Virus record (IMG/VR): IMGVR_UViG_3300020440_001565
Span: 1 to 64,000 of that record
Reading direction: 5' to 3' (one strand)
From: a virus
Lineage: Duplodnaviria > Caudoviricetes
Length of the DNA: 64,000 bases
Below the pieces are notes generated by a model that worked only from the letters and a program-made list of their open reading frames with translations, was not told the origin of the DNA and did not search any database. Shown in pieces: positions 48,698-57,173 of the stretch. The translations under genes and the position numbers were made by a program. Each line of letters begins with the position of its first letter. Position 1 is the first letter of the stretch.

Positions 48698-48968
48698 CGA
48701 TAGTCAAATTTTCTCTAAATGTTTTAGGTAGCATTTCATATTGTTTCTTCATCAATCTATCATGCCATTCCATTTGTATCGTAAACTGTTGTTTTGCTAA
48801 CTGTTCACGAACTCCTTGATAGCCACCAAACCTCATAATATAATTTAGTTTCTTGTTGATACTTTGCTGTTTCTTAACAAGATCCTGATTATTCATTTGT
48901 TTAAAATCTTCTTTATACTCACTCATTCCACAACGTCCTTGATATGGCACTAATTCTATCAAAATCAT
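48663..48968 (-). CDS. hypothetical protein
   Basis: ORF; start probably the internal MSEYK. Confidence 0.55.
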   Translation of the reverse strand: MILIELVPYQGRCGMSEYKEDFKQMNNQDLVKKQQSINKKLNYIMRFGGYQGVREQLAKQQFTIQMEWHDRLMKKQYEMLPKTFRENLTIGEEDRQEGYNE

Positions 48969-49557
48969 ATTTCTGTTCTGGAACTTCGTGCCAAGTTTGT
49001 TCTGAGTTTGGGTAACAAAAATATGTACCTGGATTACATTTTATTTGTGTTACTCTTTTTTTCTTACTTTCAGACAACCATATTCCTGATTCTTTGCAAT
49101 CACATTCATTGTCAGCATAGCATTTTGTTTCAGGAAAATAAATCTGTTGAGTAAACATTCTATTGAAATTTTCACCACTCTTTTTATTAATATTGTCTAT
49201 AACGTGCATATCATTGTGTGGTATTTGTTTTGCACCTTTTCTGTGCCAAGAAAACGACCACGTTGAATCAAATTCTTTTGGTAGTGTCATATTAAATCTT
49301 TTTATTAGATTAGCAAGAAATTCATATCTTGTCAATGGCTCAAATATCATTTTTATTTCTTTGTCCACATCATTGTCCAGCCATATATTAGAAGATACTC
49401 TAGAATCTAATTCCCAGTTTACTCCTGTTTTTAATCTATTATGTATTATTAAAGATGTATCATTATTAATCATCTTTTCAACAACCAAATACGGCCATGG
49501 AGCAAATTGGATCTGCTCGTTCGTGATTAGTGCTGTGATTTTATCAATTGAAAACAT
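48919..49557 (-). CDS. 2OG-Fe(II) oxygenase-like protein
   Basis: FAPWPYLVV start, HND (HxD), distal WHEV, RISA. Confidence 0.7.
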   Translation of the reverse strand: MFSIDKITALITNEQIQFAPWPYLVVEKMINNDTSLIIHNRLKTGVNWELDSRVSSNIWLDNDVDKEIKMIFEPLTRYEFLANLIKRFNMTLPKEFDSTWSFSWHRKGAKQIPHNDMHVIDNINKKSGENFNRMFTQQIYFPETKCYADNECDCKESGIWLSESKKKRVTQIKCNPGTYFCYPNSEQTWHEVPEQKYDFDRISAISRTLWNE

Positions 49558-49563
49558 AAAATT

Positions 49564-49887
49564 TTATACCGCGAAAGATTCACCGCAACCACATGATGAA
49601 GTTGCATTAGGATTTCTAATTTGAAAACTTGAGCCTACTATTTCGTTTACATAATCAATCGTGGTACCTGCTACAAATAGTACACTTTGGGAATCTACTG
49701 CAAACTGTCCTTGTGGAAATTCAATAACTTCATCTTTGTCTGTAAGTTCATTTTCAAGTTCCCACTTGTACTGATAACCAGCACAACCGCCACCTTTCAC
49801 ACGAAGGCGAACAGCCGATACGTTATTTTCTTGGCATAGTTTTGCTATCTGCTCTTTGGCAGACTCAGTTAATGTAAACAAGCTCAT
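49564..49887 (-). CDS. A-type Fe-S carrier (IscA/ErpA/HesB family)
   Basis: GGGCAG and CGCGESF. Confidence 0.92.
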   Translation of the reverse strand: MSLFTLTESAKEQIAKLCQENNVSAVRLRVKGGGCAGYQYKWELENELTDKDEVIEFPQGQFAVDSQSVLFVAGTTIDYVNEIVGSSFQIRNPNATSSCGCGESFAV

Positions 49888-49904
49888 ACAATTATTTACC
49901 TAAA

Positions 49905-50525
49905 TTATTGCTTTATTTTAACATCTATTATTTGTTTTCGCAAGTCTAAAATACGTTTGTTTTTCCTTTTATTTCTTCTATTTCTTGCTTTTGATGTTTG
50001 GCTGAGTAGCCTGTCATGTTTGGTTAATTGTCTATTTTGGTCGTTAAACCATCTTACATATTGGATAGCTTTTGTTTTGGCTGTTCCATTTTTCTTATAA
50101 TCAACGTCAACTGGTGTAAAACTTGGATCTATATGACTAACTTTCTTTAGTTTAATATAGTAATTTCCTTTGTGAGCTATTATATCTTTTCCAATTTTTA
50201 CATTGTAATCTAAGCAATCGTCATCTACTTGTACTACAGGAACAGTACCTTCTGGAAACTCGTCAGGCCAGAAGTATCTAGGAAAATAGCTTTTATACCC
50301 ATCCCAAGATATTGTTTCGGTTTTGTCTGCTTCAACTTCCCAAGCCATGAAATAACCCGTGGTACCTCTATTAGTACCACGAGCTACTACTAATTCATCG
50401 CCATGAACATTTAGACGACCCGAACGCCAAACTGTGTGACTTATATCACAATCAGCCTTATATCTCGTTGTTGCCTTCTTTTCTTCGATCTTAACAAATC
50501 TTCTTTTGTCTGTTATCCCGACCAT
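49905..50525 (-). CDS. hypothetical protein with basic C-terminus
   Basis: 206-aa ORF. Confidence 0.65.
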   Translation of the reverse strand: MVGITDKRRFVKIEEKKATTRYKADCDISHTVWRSGRLNVHGDELVVARGTNRGTTGYFMAWEVEADKTETISWDGYKSYFPRYFWPDEFPEGTVPVVQVDDDCLDYNVKIGKDIIAHKGNYYIKLKKVSHIDPSFTPVDVDYKKNGTAKTKAIQYVRWFNDQNRQLTKHDRLLSQTSKARNRRNKRKNKRILDLRKQIIDVKIKQ

Positions 50526-50530
50526 TGATA

Positions 50531-50731
50531 TTACTTCGATTCGTTTTTAATGTCTTGTATCTTTTTTCTAAGACCCTTACCAATTTTTGTCATTTCTGAC
50601 AATGCTTTTCTGGCTCTTGTACCGGCCGCTTTATTGCCTGAGTCAAAGAACTTTGATACATTTTCTTTATATTCATCAATCTGTAATTCAATTTGCTTTC
50701 TTAATCCTTCATCTCTATTGTCTTCTGACAT
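50531..50731 (-). CDS. histone H1-like (Hc1-type) nucleoid protein
   Basis: GNKAAGTRARKAL motif; AAGGAG RBS. Confidence 0.75.
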   Translation of the reverse strand: MSEDNRDEGLRKQIELQIDEYKENVSKFFDSGNKAAGTRARKALSEMTKIGKGLRKKIQDIKNESK

Positions 50732-50756
50732 ATCATATCTCCTTTAAATCGAGTTA

Positions 50757-50947
50757 TCCTTGGAACTTCAACCATGATAGATGATCAATAAATCATACCT
50801 CCATCCCAAGGACCACTCTTATACATATCTAATACCAGGTATGTAAGCCGGAGTGAGTATCCGCTCATGGTATCAGTCCATGTGCGTGGGTCTACACCAA
50901 TATACCACTTCGCCCGCCTGTGGGTGAGCTGACCGATAAACGGCTAC
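50757..50947. ncRNA. candidate structured non-coding RNA between hfq and the Hc1-like gene
   Basis: GC-richer than flanks, no ORF; closing helix GTAAGCCG/CGGCTAC with four internal hairpins, plus TCCTTGG/CCAAGGA helix. Confidence 0.45.
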
Positions 50948-50949
50948 TA

Positions 50950-51159
50950 TTATTTATTATGATTAGCCTCGTTTGAAACGGGCATAATAGTGGATACGGC
51001 GTGTTTATTCACTAATTGTGTTACATTATCACGTTCTAATAAGAAGCTCTTATCATCGTGTTCTGTAATTTTACCAATCAGCTTTATGCCGTTTACTAGG
51101 AAGGCTGTAACTTCTTTTTTCTCTGCTATTATTTTTTCGAAAAATGCTTGTTGTGTCAT
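50950..51159 (-). CDS. hfq: RNA chaperone Hfq
   Basis: Sm1 AFLVNGIKLIGKI, Sm2 QLVNKHAVSTIMP; TATAAATA at 51197-51204. Confidence 0.88.
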   Translation of the reverse strand: MTQQAFFEKIIAEKKEVTAFLVNGIKLIGKITEHDDKSFLLERDNVTQLVNKHAVSTIMPVSNEANHNK

Positions 51160-51236
51160 TATGTAAAAATCCTGTTATTATATTTATTTATCCAGGTATT
51201 TATACTTTAGTTCTTGTGGATATTCCACTAGGTTCA

Positions 51237-51521
51237 TTAGTCCGAACACAATCTCTTTGCAAACTGTAGTTTCTGGTATGCTTCTTCAACAATAGGATAC
51301 CTTCTACGAAGATATTGCTCGTTCTTCTTTTGCCTCTCCCATTTGCGAAGTTTTCTTATCTGTGTCATATATGCTCCCGGAACAGGTGCTGAAGGTAAGT
51401 GATATTCTCCTCTATCAAATAAATCTTTTTGTGCAGGATCTTTGAAAGAACCTTGATTGCTTTGTAGTTGAGATTTTAATTTTTTGATTTCTTCTTTTAG
51501 ATCGTTTATCTCATCTTGCAT
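51237..51521 (-). CDS. hypothetical protein
   Basis: 94-aa ORF, N-terminal coiled coil. Confidence 0.6.
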   Translation of the reverse strand: MQDEINDLKEEIKKLKSQLQSNQGSFKDPAQKDLFDRGEYHLPSAPVPGAYMTQIRKLRKWERQKKNEQYLRRRYPIVEEAYQKLQFAKRLCSD

Positions 51522-51970
51522 TAGTTTCTCCTCATCTGCGAAATTTCAGTTGCCGCTTTTGAACCGTCTTTGTCATTTTCATCTGCAAATACTGGTACTA
51601 GATTGCTTTTATGCATCATAGCAATACCAACTAGTTTACGTTCACCTGTGTATTGCATTGCAGGTCTTTTAGTAGCCGTACCAATACCGCTTGTTGAATT
51701 ACTACTAGGGATATGCGGTATTTCTTTGCGATGGTTTGAATCTACATGATGCCACGGAGTACTAATGGCACGTGGCTCTGTTTTAGGTTTCCAGTTGCCA
51801 TGTACATATTCAATATACTCTGAAAGTTTCATTGTAGGAAGATTATGCTTCTTCCAAAACTTGTTTTGTTCACGCCAACCATCAACATAAAAAACATCAG
51901 GCTTTCTTTTGGCTTTCTTTTTCTTTTTAGTGTTTAAAGTGGTAAGACCACGTTCTAAATGCATAGTCAT
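51521..51970 (-). CDS. hypothetical phage protein
   Basis: 149 aa, YTGERKLVGIAMMHKSNLVPVF; consensus promoter upstream. Confidence 0.7.
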   Translation of the reverse strand: MTMHLERGLTTLNTKKKKKAKRKPDVFYVDGWREQNKFWKKHNLPTMKLSEYIEYVHGNWKPKTEPRAISTPWHHVDSNHRKEIPHIPSSNSTSGIGTATKRPAMQYTGERKLVGIAMMHKSNLVPVFADENDKDGSKAATEISQMRRN

Positions 51971-51976
51971 AATATT

Positions 51977-52005
51977 ATTATATTACCTTCCTTAGAATAT
52001 GTCAA
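51977..52005 (-). promoter_or_regulatory. consensus sigma70 promoter
   Basis: TTGACA-N17-TATAAT, 6 nt before ATG. Confidence 0.85.
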
Positions 52006-52142
52006 CGACCTTGTGAATTGTAGGCTTTAAAACTTCTTTTTCTGTGTTTGTTCATAGAAGAAAACTTTACTCTTTTTCTTTTACCTTGCGAAGTTCTTTT
52101 TTTTACTGTTTCATGTGCTACGAAATTCTTGTGTAATTTCAT
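52002..52142 (-). CDS. 46-aa very basic peptide
   Basis: MKLHKNFVAHETVKKRTSQGKRKRVKFSSMNKHRKRSFKAYNSQGR; GGAGG RBS. Confidence 0.7.
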   Translation of the reverse strand: MKLHKNFVAHETVKKRTSQGKRKRVKFSSMNKHRKRSFKAYNSQGR

Positions 52143-52154
52143 AACCCTCCTTGG

Positions 52155-52466
52155 TTACATTTTTATTGTTTCATCTTCATCTTTGTAATCATAAACTGGA
52201 AATTCTGCTTTGCCTTTTGATGGCTCATAGAATCCAACTGCTTTATCATTTTCTAAGATTACCCAATAGTTAACAGGATTTTCTGCTCCAGGCCAACCTT
52301 TATGCCCAACCATTCTTTGTCTAATTTTAACCTTGCTATATTGTTTTGCAGGAATATCTTTTTTCTTATACTTTCCCATATTCCACCACCACTGGAAATC
52401 TTCTCCAAGTGTTTCTTCCATTATTATTGGACGTGGTGTTGATTTTTCATTAAATGGATCTTTCAT
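52155..52466 (-). CDS. hypothetical protein
   Basis: 103-aa ORF; TTGACA-N16-TATAGT promoter at 52496-52523. Confidence 0.65.
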   Translation of the reverse strand: MKDPFNEKSTPRPIIMEETLGEDFQWWWNMGKYKKKDIPAKQYSKVKIRQRMVGHKGWPGAENPVNYWVILENDKAVGFYEPSKGKAEFPVYDYKDEDETIKM

Positions 52467-52524
52467 TGAGTACCTCTTTATTTTTATTATTACTGACTAT
52501 AACATATTTTAGAAATATGTCAAC

Positions 52525-52770
52525 TGCTAATTATTAGCAGATCATGGGTCATATAAGCCAACCAATCTTATTCCTTCGGTGGGGAGCAAGTCAATTCCAT
52601 CAACCTTAACGACTTGGCTCCCCCGGCTGTTAAGGTTGGGTAGTATCTATATTTCGGTCTATGATTCCCTGAGTCCTACCAGACTTGTAAATCCCTGTAC
52701 TGTAGTTCTTATGGCATCCAGTACACCAAACCGTTACTTTTGCTATGTCATGATCAACTCTCCTACTCTC
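52525..52770 (-). ncRNA. candidate structured RNA of about 230 nt with pseudoknot or alternative helices
   Basis: Ends pair (GATCATG/CATGATC); two long interleaved helices; TTGACA-N16-TAATAT promoter at 52780-52807; terminal palindrome at 52525-52541. Confidence 0.5.
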
Positions 52771-52925
52771 TATATTTTAATATTAACACAGAAAGCATAT
52801 CTGTCAACCAAAAACTTATAGACTATAAATATTTGTAGAAATATGAAAGCCCAGAACAAGCTGGGCTCTCAGTAAAGGTTGTATGTCGCCGTTGGGACAC
52901 TATTACTTATAGGATATTAAAAATT

Positions 52926-53627
52926 ATGAGCATTGATGGTAAAAATATTAATGAATTAGATAGTGAGACACGTAAGCTTCTCTTTTCAGTAACAAATAGT
53001 TTTGATATTCAAAACTTTAGAATCATAAGAGCTGATATCAAATGGAGAGGTCATCTTGTTGTTGAAGATGGTGATTTTGTATACAAAATAAAAGATGGTA
53101 ACAGTAATAGAAGATGTTGGAAACTTGTTAAAGAGTTTTTCGAAAATTGGCATGAACAATATTATGTGTCAACACAATTTCACGAAAACTGGATTTGTGA
53201 AAAGTTTAAAAAGTTGCCAGGACTGGGAGCTGACAGCTATAAAGATTTATCAAATCCTGAGACTGAATTATTTCGAAAAATGATTAACTGGCTTGAGGAT
53301 GAAATAATAAGGATTGCTATCAATGGATCTAAAATGAAAAGCAAAAGATATCCTACACAAGACTACATCTTAACTTGGTTTGATCCTAATATATGGAATA
53401 TTATATACGATGAAAAACAAGATAAGTTTACTCTTATTGACTTTGATCAAATTGATTGGATTGGCTATGATGCTTGGAAGATTGCTGTAACAGATATTAT
53501 TGCTTATAACTTTGGACTCGACAAAGTATCAAAAAAACTATTTTCCGATTCTATTCAAAAAAAATTAATATTGGCTATCAACAATGACTTTTCATTGTCT
53601 AGCGGAGAAAATAATAATGTCAGATAA
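52926..53627 (+). CDS. protein-kinase-like fold enzyme (APH/choline kinase-like)
   Basis: VYKIK lysine strand, DPNIWN (DxxxxN), LIDFD. Confidence 0.55.
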   Translation: MSIDGKNINELDSETRKLLFSVTNSFDIQNFRIIRADIKWRGHLVVEDGDFVYKIKDGNSNRRCWKLVKEFFENWHEQYYVSTQFHENWICEKFKKLPGLGADSYKDLSNPETELFRKMINWLEDEIIRIAINGSKMKSKRYPTQDYILTWFDPNIWNIIYDEKQDKFTLIDFDQIDWIGYDAWKIAVTDIIAYNFGLDKVSKKLFSDSIQKKLILAINNDFSLSSGENNNVR

Positions 53628-54507
53628 AATAAAAGTAGCCTGGTTCGGTAGTAGTCATGTACAAGGCGGATATGACACTTATGCAGATGAGTACGATGAT
53701 ATCAATCCTTTTCATACTTCTCCACCTGGATATTTTCAAAAATTGTTCAACGAATCTGACGTAGTCAATTATGGACATGGAGGAACTGGCATTGATTATA
53801 TGCAGTTGATTTTACCAGATGTCTTAAAAAATAATAGGCCTGATATTGTGTATGCTGAAATGAGTACATTGTTTCGTGGATCTTTATATTATGCCATGGA
53901 CAGATATGCTAGTGAAGTACTTGACGGTACATGGTATAACTATTCAACAAGAAGAGGACTACATAATCCGGTAGTGCAATCACAATATCATAGCACATAT
54001 GGTGACGGATTTGACTCATTAACATCAGCTATGGTCAAAAAAGGTACAGAAGAATCATATAAAAAATACGTTAAACAAATGACAAAAGTAAATCGAGTTG
54101 ATAGTATTGTACCAAGAAAAGTTTTCTTTGCAAATAGCGTAGGACGAGACTCAGTCGACTATATATCTGATTTAGTAATTTACTTCAAAAGAATAATTCA
54201 AATGACAGAGTATCTTGAACAACATAATATACCAGTATACTGGTTTCCTTGGTCAAACAAAGACTTTTTGTTCTTAAAAAAAAACAAACAGGCTTGGAAT
54301 ATTAAGAAAAAATGTGATGATCAAATAAAAATAGTAGATGGACTACAAAATCAAAGCTATTTTCAATATCTAAAAACAAAATATCAAAAAGACGTACATG
54401 ATTCTTTTACTGTTGACAGAGCTCATGTACAACACAAATTTAACAAAGAAGCTGTTGATACATTTTTTGCACCACATTTCAAAAAATTATTAAAAATTAC
54501 TTATTAA
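53617..54507 (+). CDS. SGNH/GDSL hydrolase-like protein
   Basis: WFGSSH block I, NYGHGGTG block II, C-terminal DRAH (DxxH); start at MSDKIK. Confidence 0.6.
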   Translation: MSDKIKVAWFGSSHVQGGYDTYADEYDDINPFHTSPPGYFQKLFNESDVVNYGHGGTGIDYMQLILPDVLKNNRPDIVYAEMSTLFRGSLYYAMDRYASEVLDGTWYNYSTRRGLHNPVVQSQYHSTYGDGFDSLTSAMVKKGTEESYKKYVKQMTKVNRVDSIVPRKVFFANSVGRDSVDYISDLVIYFKRIIQMTEYLEQHNIPVYWFPWSNKDFLFLKKNKQAWNIKKKCDDQIKIVDGLQNQSYFQYLKTKYQKDVHDSFTVDRAHVQHKFNKEAVDTFFAPHFKKLLKITY

Positions 54508-54521
54508 CTTTCTTGTGCCAT

Positions 54522-55625
54522 TTATACAAAATTCTTCCCCCATACACACGTCTTTGCACAAGTGTCTAATCTAGGAGTGTCTGGATCATTTCTGGTGCTG
54601 TTAAAAGTCTTGTCTAAATAGCTGACAAAGAACTCATGATTGAGTATGTCATCAAATGAATGATAGTGTAGATTGTTAAAATGTTTGCCAAAACGTTTTG
54701 TAATGTGTTTCCATTCTTGTGATATTTTGTCCATGCCAAACAGTTGATTTTTACGTTTATGCATATCACCTGTCCAACAGCACATCCACACAGTACCATC
54801 ATACTCAACATACATACCTTTGGAATTGTAATACTGACAAGATATGTTTGCTGTGTCTAAAAAGTCTTTTGGTGCTTCACCTACAATTTTTTTTGCTTCT
54901 TGATATCCTTTGCGACCATCAATGTGAACAACTACTTCATTGTTCTTTTTTGTTTTTGCACCCATTCCGCCATCTTTGTGTTTGTTAACCGCTTTGGTAA
55001 AATTTCTTGCGGCGCCGGATCCGGTTGTCAAACCTCTAAAAAATATACTGTTGAATCCTATTTCTTTGGCAATTTGTTTTGCTTCTTCTACTTGATGTTT
55101 GTTATGATCAAATACAATGTATTGCCAATCTGCATGACCACCTGCATCAATAAAAGCCTTAACATTATTGATCACATTTTCATACTTTGTATTTCTTCTA
55201 TAAATATGATGGGTATCTGCAAGTCCATCTATACCAAATATAACACCGTGTGTTATATTTTTCAACACATCACCAACCTTTGTCCAGTATTCTGAGTCAA
55301 ACATTGCTCCATTGGTTGAAATATTTAATCTTAAATCTTTATGTGCATGATCAACAATGTATTGACAAATATCTAAAAACTGCGGATGAATACAAGGGTC
55401 TCCGAAGTTGCCATTAAACAAAATTTTCTGTAAATTATTAGACAGCATTTCAGGAGTAACTGCTTTTTTAATGACATCAAGAGGCATATCCCAACTGTGA
55501 GGTTTACCAATAAAAGGGTTTACGTCTTTGCCGTCTATGTTACGAGCACATTCAAGACACATAGCTTGACACCTTGCTGTGATATCTAGTTGGATCCAAT
55601 TTAGTTTATTCTTGTTAATTTGCAT
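54522..55625 (-). CDS. radical SAM protein with C-terminal SPASM/twitch domain
   Basis: CQAMCLEC, FNGNFGDP, C...YDGTVWMCC...CAKTC. Confidence 0.85.
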   Translation of the reverse strand: MQINKNKLNWIQLDITARCQAMCLECARNIDGKDVNPFIGKPHSWDMPLDVIKKAVTPEMLSNNLQKILFNGNFGDPCIHPQFLDICQYIVDHAHKDLRLNISTNGAMFDSEYWTKVGDVLKNITHGVIFGIDGLADTHHIYRRNTKYENVINNVKAFIDAGGHADWQYIVFDHNKHQVEEAKQIAKEIGFNSIFFRGLTTGSGAARNFTKAVNKHKDGGMGAKTKKNNEVVVHIDGRKGYQEAKKIVGEAPKDFLDTANISCQYYNSKGMYVEYDGTVWMCCWTGDMHKRKNQLFGMDKISQEWKHITKRFGKHFNNLHYHSFDDILNHEFFVSYLDKTFNSTRNDPDTPRLDTCAKTCVWGKNFV

Positions 55626-55709
55626 CTCTAGTATTTATAAGTCATAAAAAGGGCCATGTATTTCTATTAAAGAAAAATTAATGTCTGCTACCGAAACTGA
55701 CTTTGAAGA

Positions 55710-56399
55710 TTAAAGATTTTTCTTAGAAAAATTAGCTTTGCCGGTTTTTGTTGTTGAAGTTGGCTTAGGTGGATTTGCATTTGGATCAGCAGGATCAACT
55801 GTGATACCTCCACCATCAACGTCTGGATCTACATCAACATCTTTTCTGGTACCACCAAGTGTTTGTTTGTTCCAATTATCTACTGTTTGTCTCATATCGT
55901 TTTCTAAATCTTTTCTTGGATATGGCTGACCACTTTGGAACTTAGGCATAATCTTTGCAGGAACATAATCCCAAAATCCTAAATTCTTTAGAGTAAGAAC
56001 TACGTCTGCCGCTGGTAATTGTTTGTTGTAATCCATTGGAACTGCTTTTGGATTACCTTGTGCGTCTTGTCCTTTAACTAAAGGTGGCTTACCTTGATTT
56101 GAAGCCATAACTGTGGAACTTACTTTCTTAACTAGTGCATCTGTATATTTTTGTAAAGCTGTATTAATTTTATCTGCTTGACCTTGTGCCTGTGCTTGTC
56201 TGTAGTTTGCACCAAAGTTTTTTACCGCAGATTTGGCTAATGTGCCTAATCTTTGATTAGCAAAACGATCAGTATCTGGTCCACCTGTACCTACTTGTTT
56301 GTACTGTTGTCTTGCTTGACTTATAGTTCTAGCTGTTCCGCCTACTATATTTCTAGCAAAGTTAATTGGACCTTCATTTGTAACCTCTTTTATTTTCAT
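55710..56399 (-). CDS. hypothetical late protein
   Basis: 229 aa; exact TATAAATA 5 nt before ATG. Confidence 0.7.
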   Translation of the reverse strand: MKIKEVTNEGPINFARNIVGGTARTISQARQQYKQVGTGGPDTDRFANQRLGTLAKSAVKNFGANYRQAQAQGQADKINTALQKYTDALVKKVSSTVMASNQGKPPLVKGQDAQGNPKAVPMDYNKQLPAADVVLTLKNLGFWDYVPAKIMPKFQSGQPYPRKDLENDMRQTVDNWNKQTLGGTRKDVDVDPDVDGGGITVDPADPNANPPKPTSTTKTGKANFSKKNL

Positions 56400-56414
56400 A
56401 CTAGTATTTATATC

Positions 56415-57173
56415 CTATATAAGAATTAGATTATCTCTAGAACCTTCTTTGATCTTTTTCCATGTATTTTCTGTAGCTGTACCTGTAATTTGTAGTGCTG
56501 GCCTCTTCTTCCACGACCCATTCCACGTTGCGTGTGGTAGTGTTGACCATTCCCAAGTAACAATATCTCCTGCTCTCCATTGAGTATGCATATAGTTACC
56601 AAACTGAAATAACTGTCCTGGTTCCCAATCATTTAGGAATACAAGAAATCTTACTTTGTCTTTAGCATATTTAAATTCAGGATTATCAATAACTCTGTCT
56701 TTTCTTGGCTCACCTGGCAAGTTATCAATATGTACCATCAGTTGCTGATTAGGTTTCTGATCATGGAACTTCCAAGTATACTTTTTGTCTTTGTCTAGTT
56801 CAAACCATTCTGCTACTGCTCTAAATTTTACTAATCTTTCATCTTCTTCGTATTTGTATAAGTGAAACATTTCTGCTTTTGGATCACCATCTGGGTTATC
56901 AGCGTCTTCAACTGCATGATAAACACCATCTACTGTAGATGCAGGATTGGCCGCGTGTCCATAGTTTTGTTTATTGTAAGCACCTGCTTTTAATTTTGAA
57001 GCTCTAGCTATTTCAATCTCATCTGTGAAGTCGGCACTAAATTGTCCTACTACTTTAAAGAAGTCGCCTTCTTTATCTTTTCTCCATTTGTCAAAGTGAT
57101 AAGTTTTAAACATCATTTCTTCTCCATACCCATACCAAGCATTTAATATCTTGGCCATTTTTACCCATTGCAA
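56415..57173 (-). CDS. 2OG-Fe(II) oxygenase/cupin-like protein
   Basis: HID, RFLVFLNDWEPG, distal PHATWN, RPALQITG; start probably MAKIL. Confidence 0.7.
   Translation of the reverse strand: MQWVKMAKILNAWYGYGEEMMFKTYHFDKWRKDKEGDFFKVVGQFSADFTDEIEIARASKLKAGAYNKQNYGHAANPASTVDGVYHAVEDADNPDGDPKAEMFHLYKYEEDERLVKFRAVAEWFELDKDKKYTWKFHDQKPNQQLMVHIDNLPGEPRKDRVIDNPEFKYAKDKVRFLVFLNDWEPGQLFQFGNYMHTQWRAGDIVTWEWSTLPHATWNGSWKKRPALQITGTATENTWKKIKEGSRDNLILI

Noticed and set aside
50843-50947. tRNA-like or 5S rRNA interpretation of the multi-hairpin element
   Set aside because: No TTCRA loop, D loop or CCA end, and no 5S signature such as CCGAAC.
52575-52690. Cobalamin riboswitch resemblance (CCCCCGGCTGT on the plus strand)
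   Set aside because: The other conserved boxes are missing or out of order, and there is no suitable downstream gene on that strand.
52525-52770. tmRNA interpretation (GGGGAGC/GCTCCCC-ACC stem; GCA-starting frame)
   Set aside because: No G3-U70 pair, no T-arm or CCA end, no resume motif, and the frame does not end in an ALAA-like tag.
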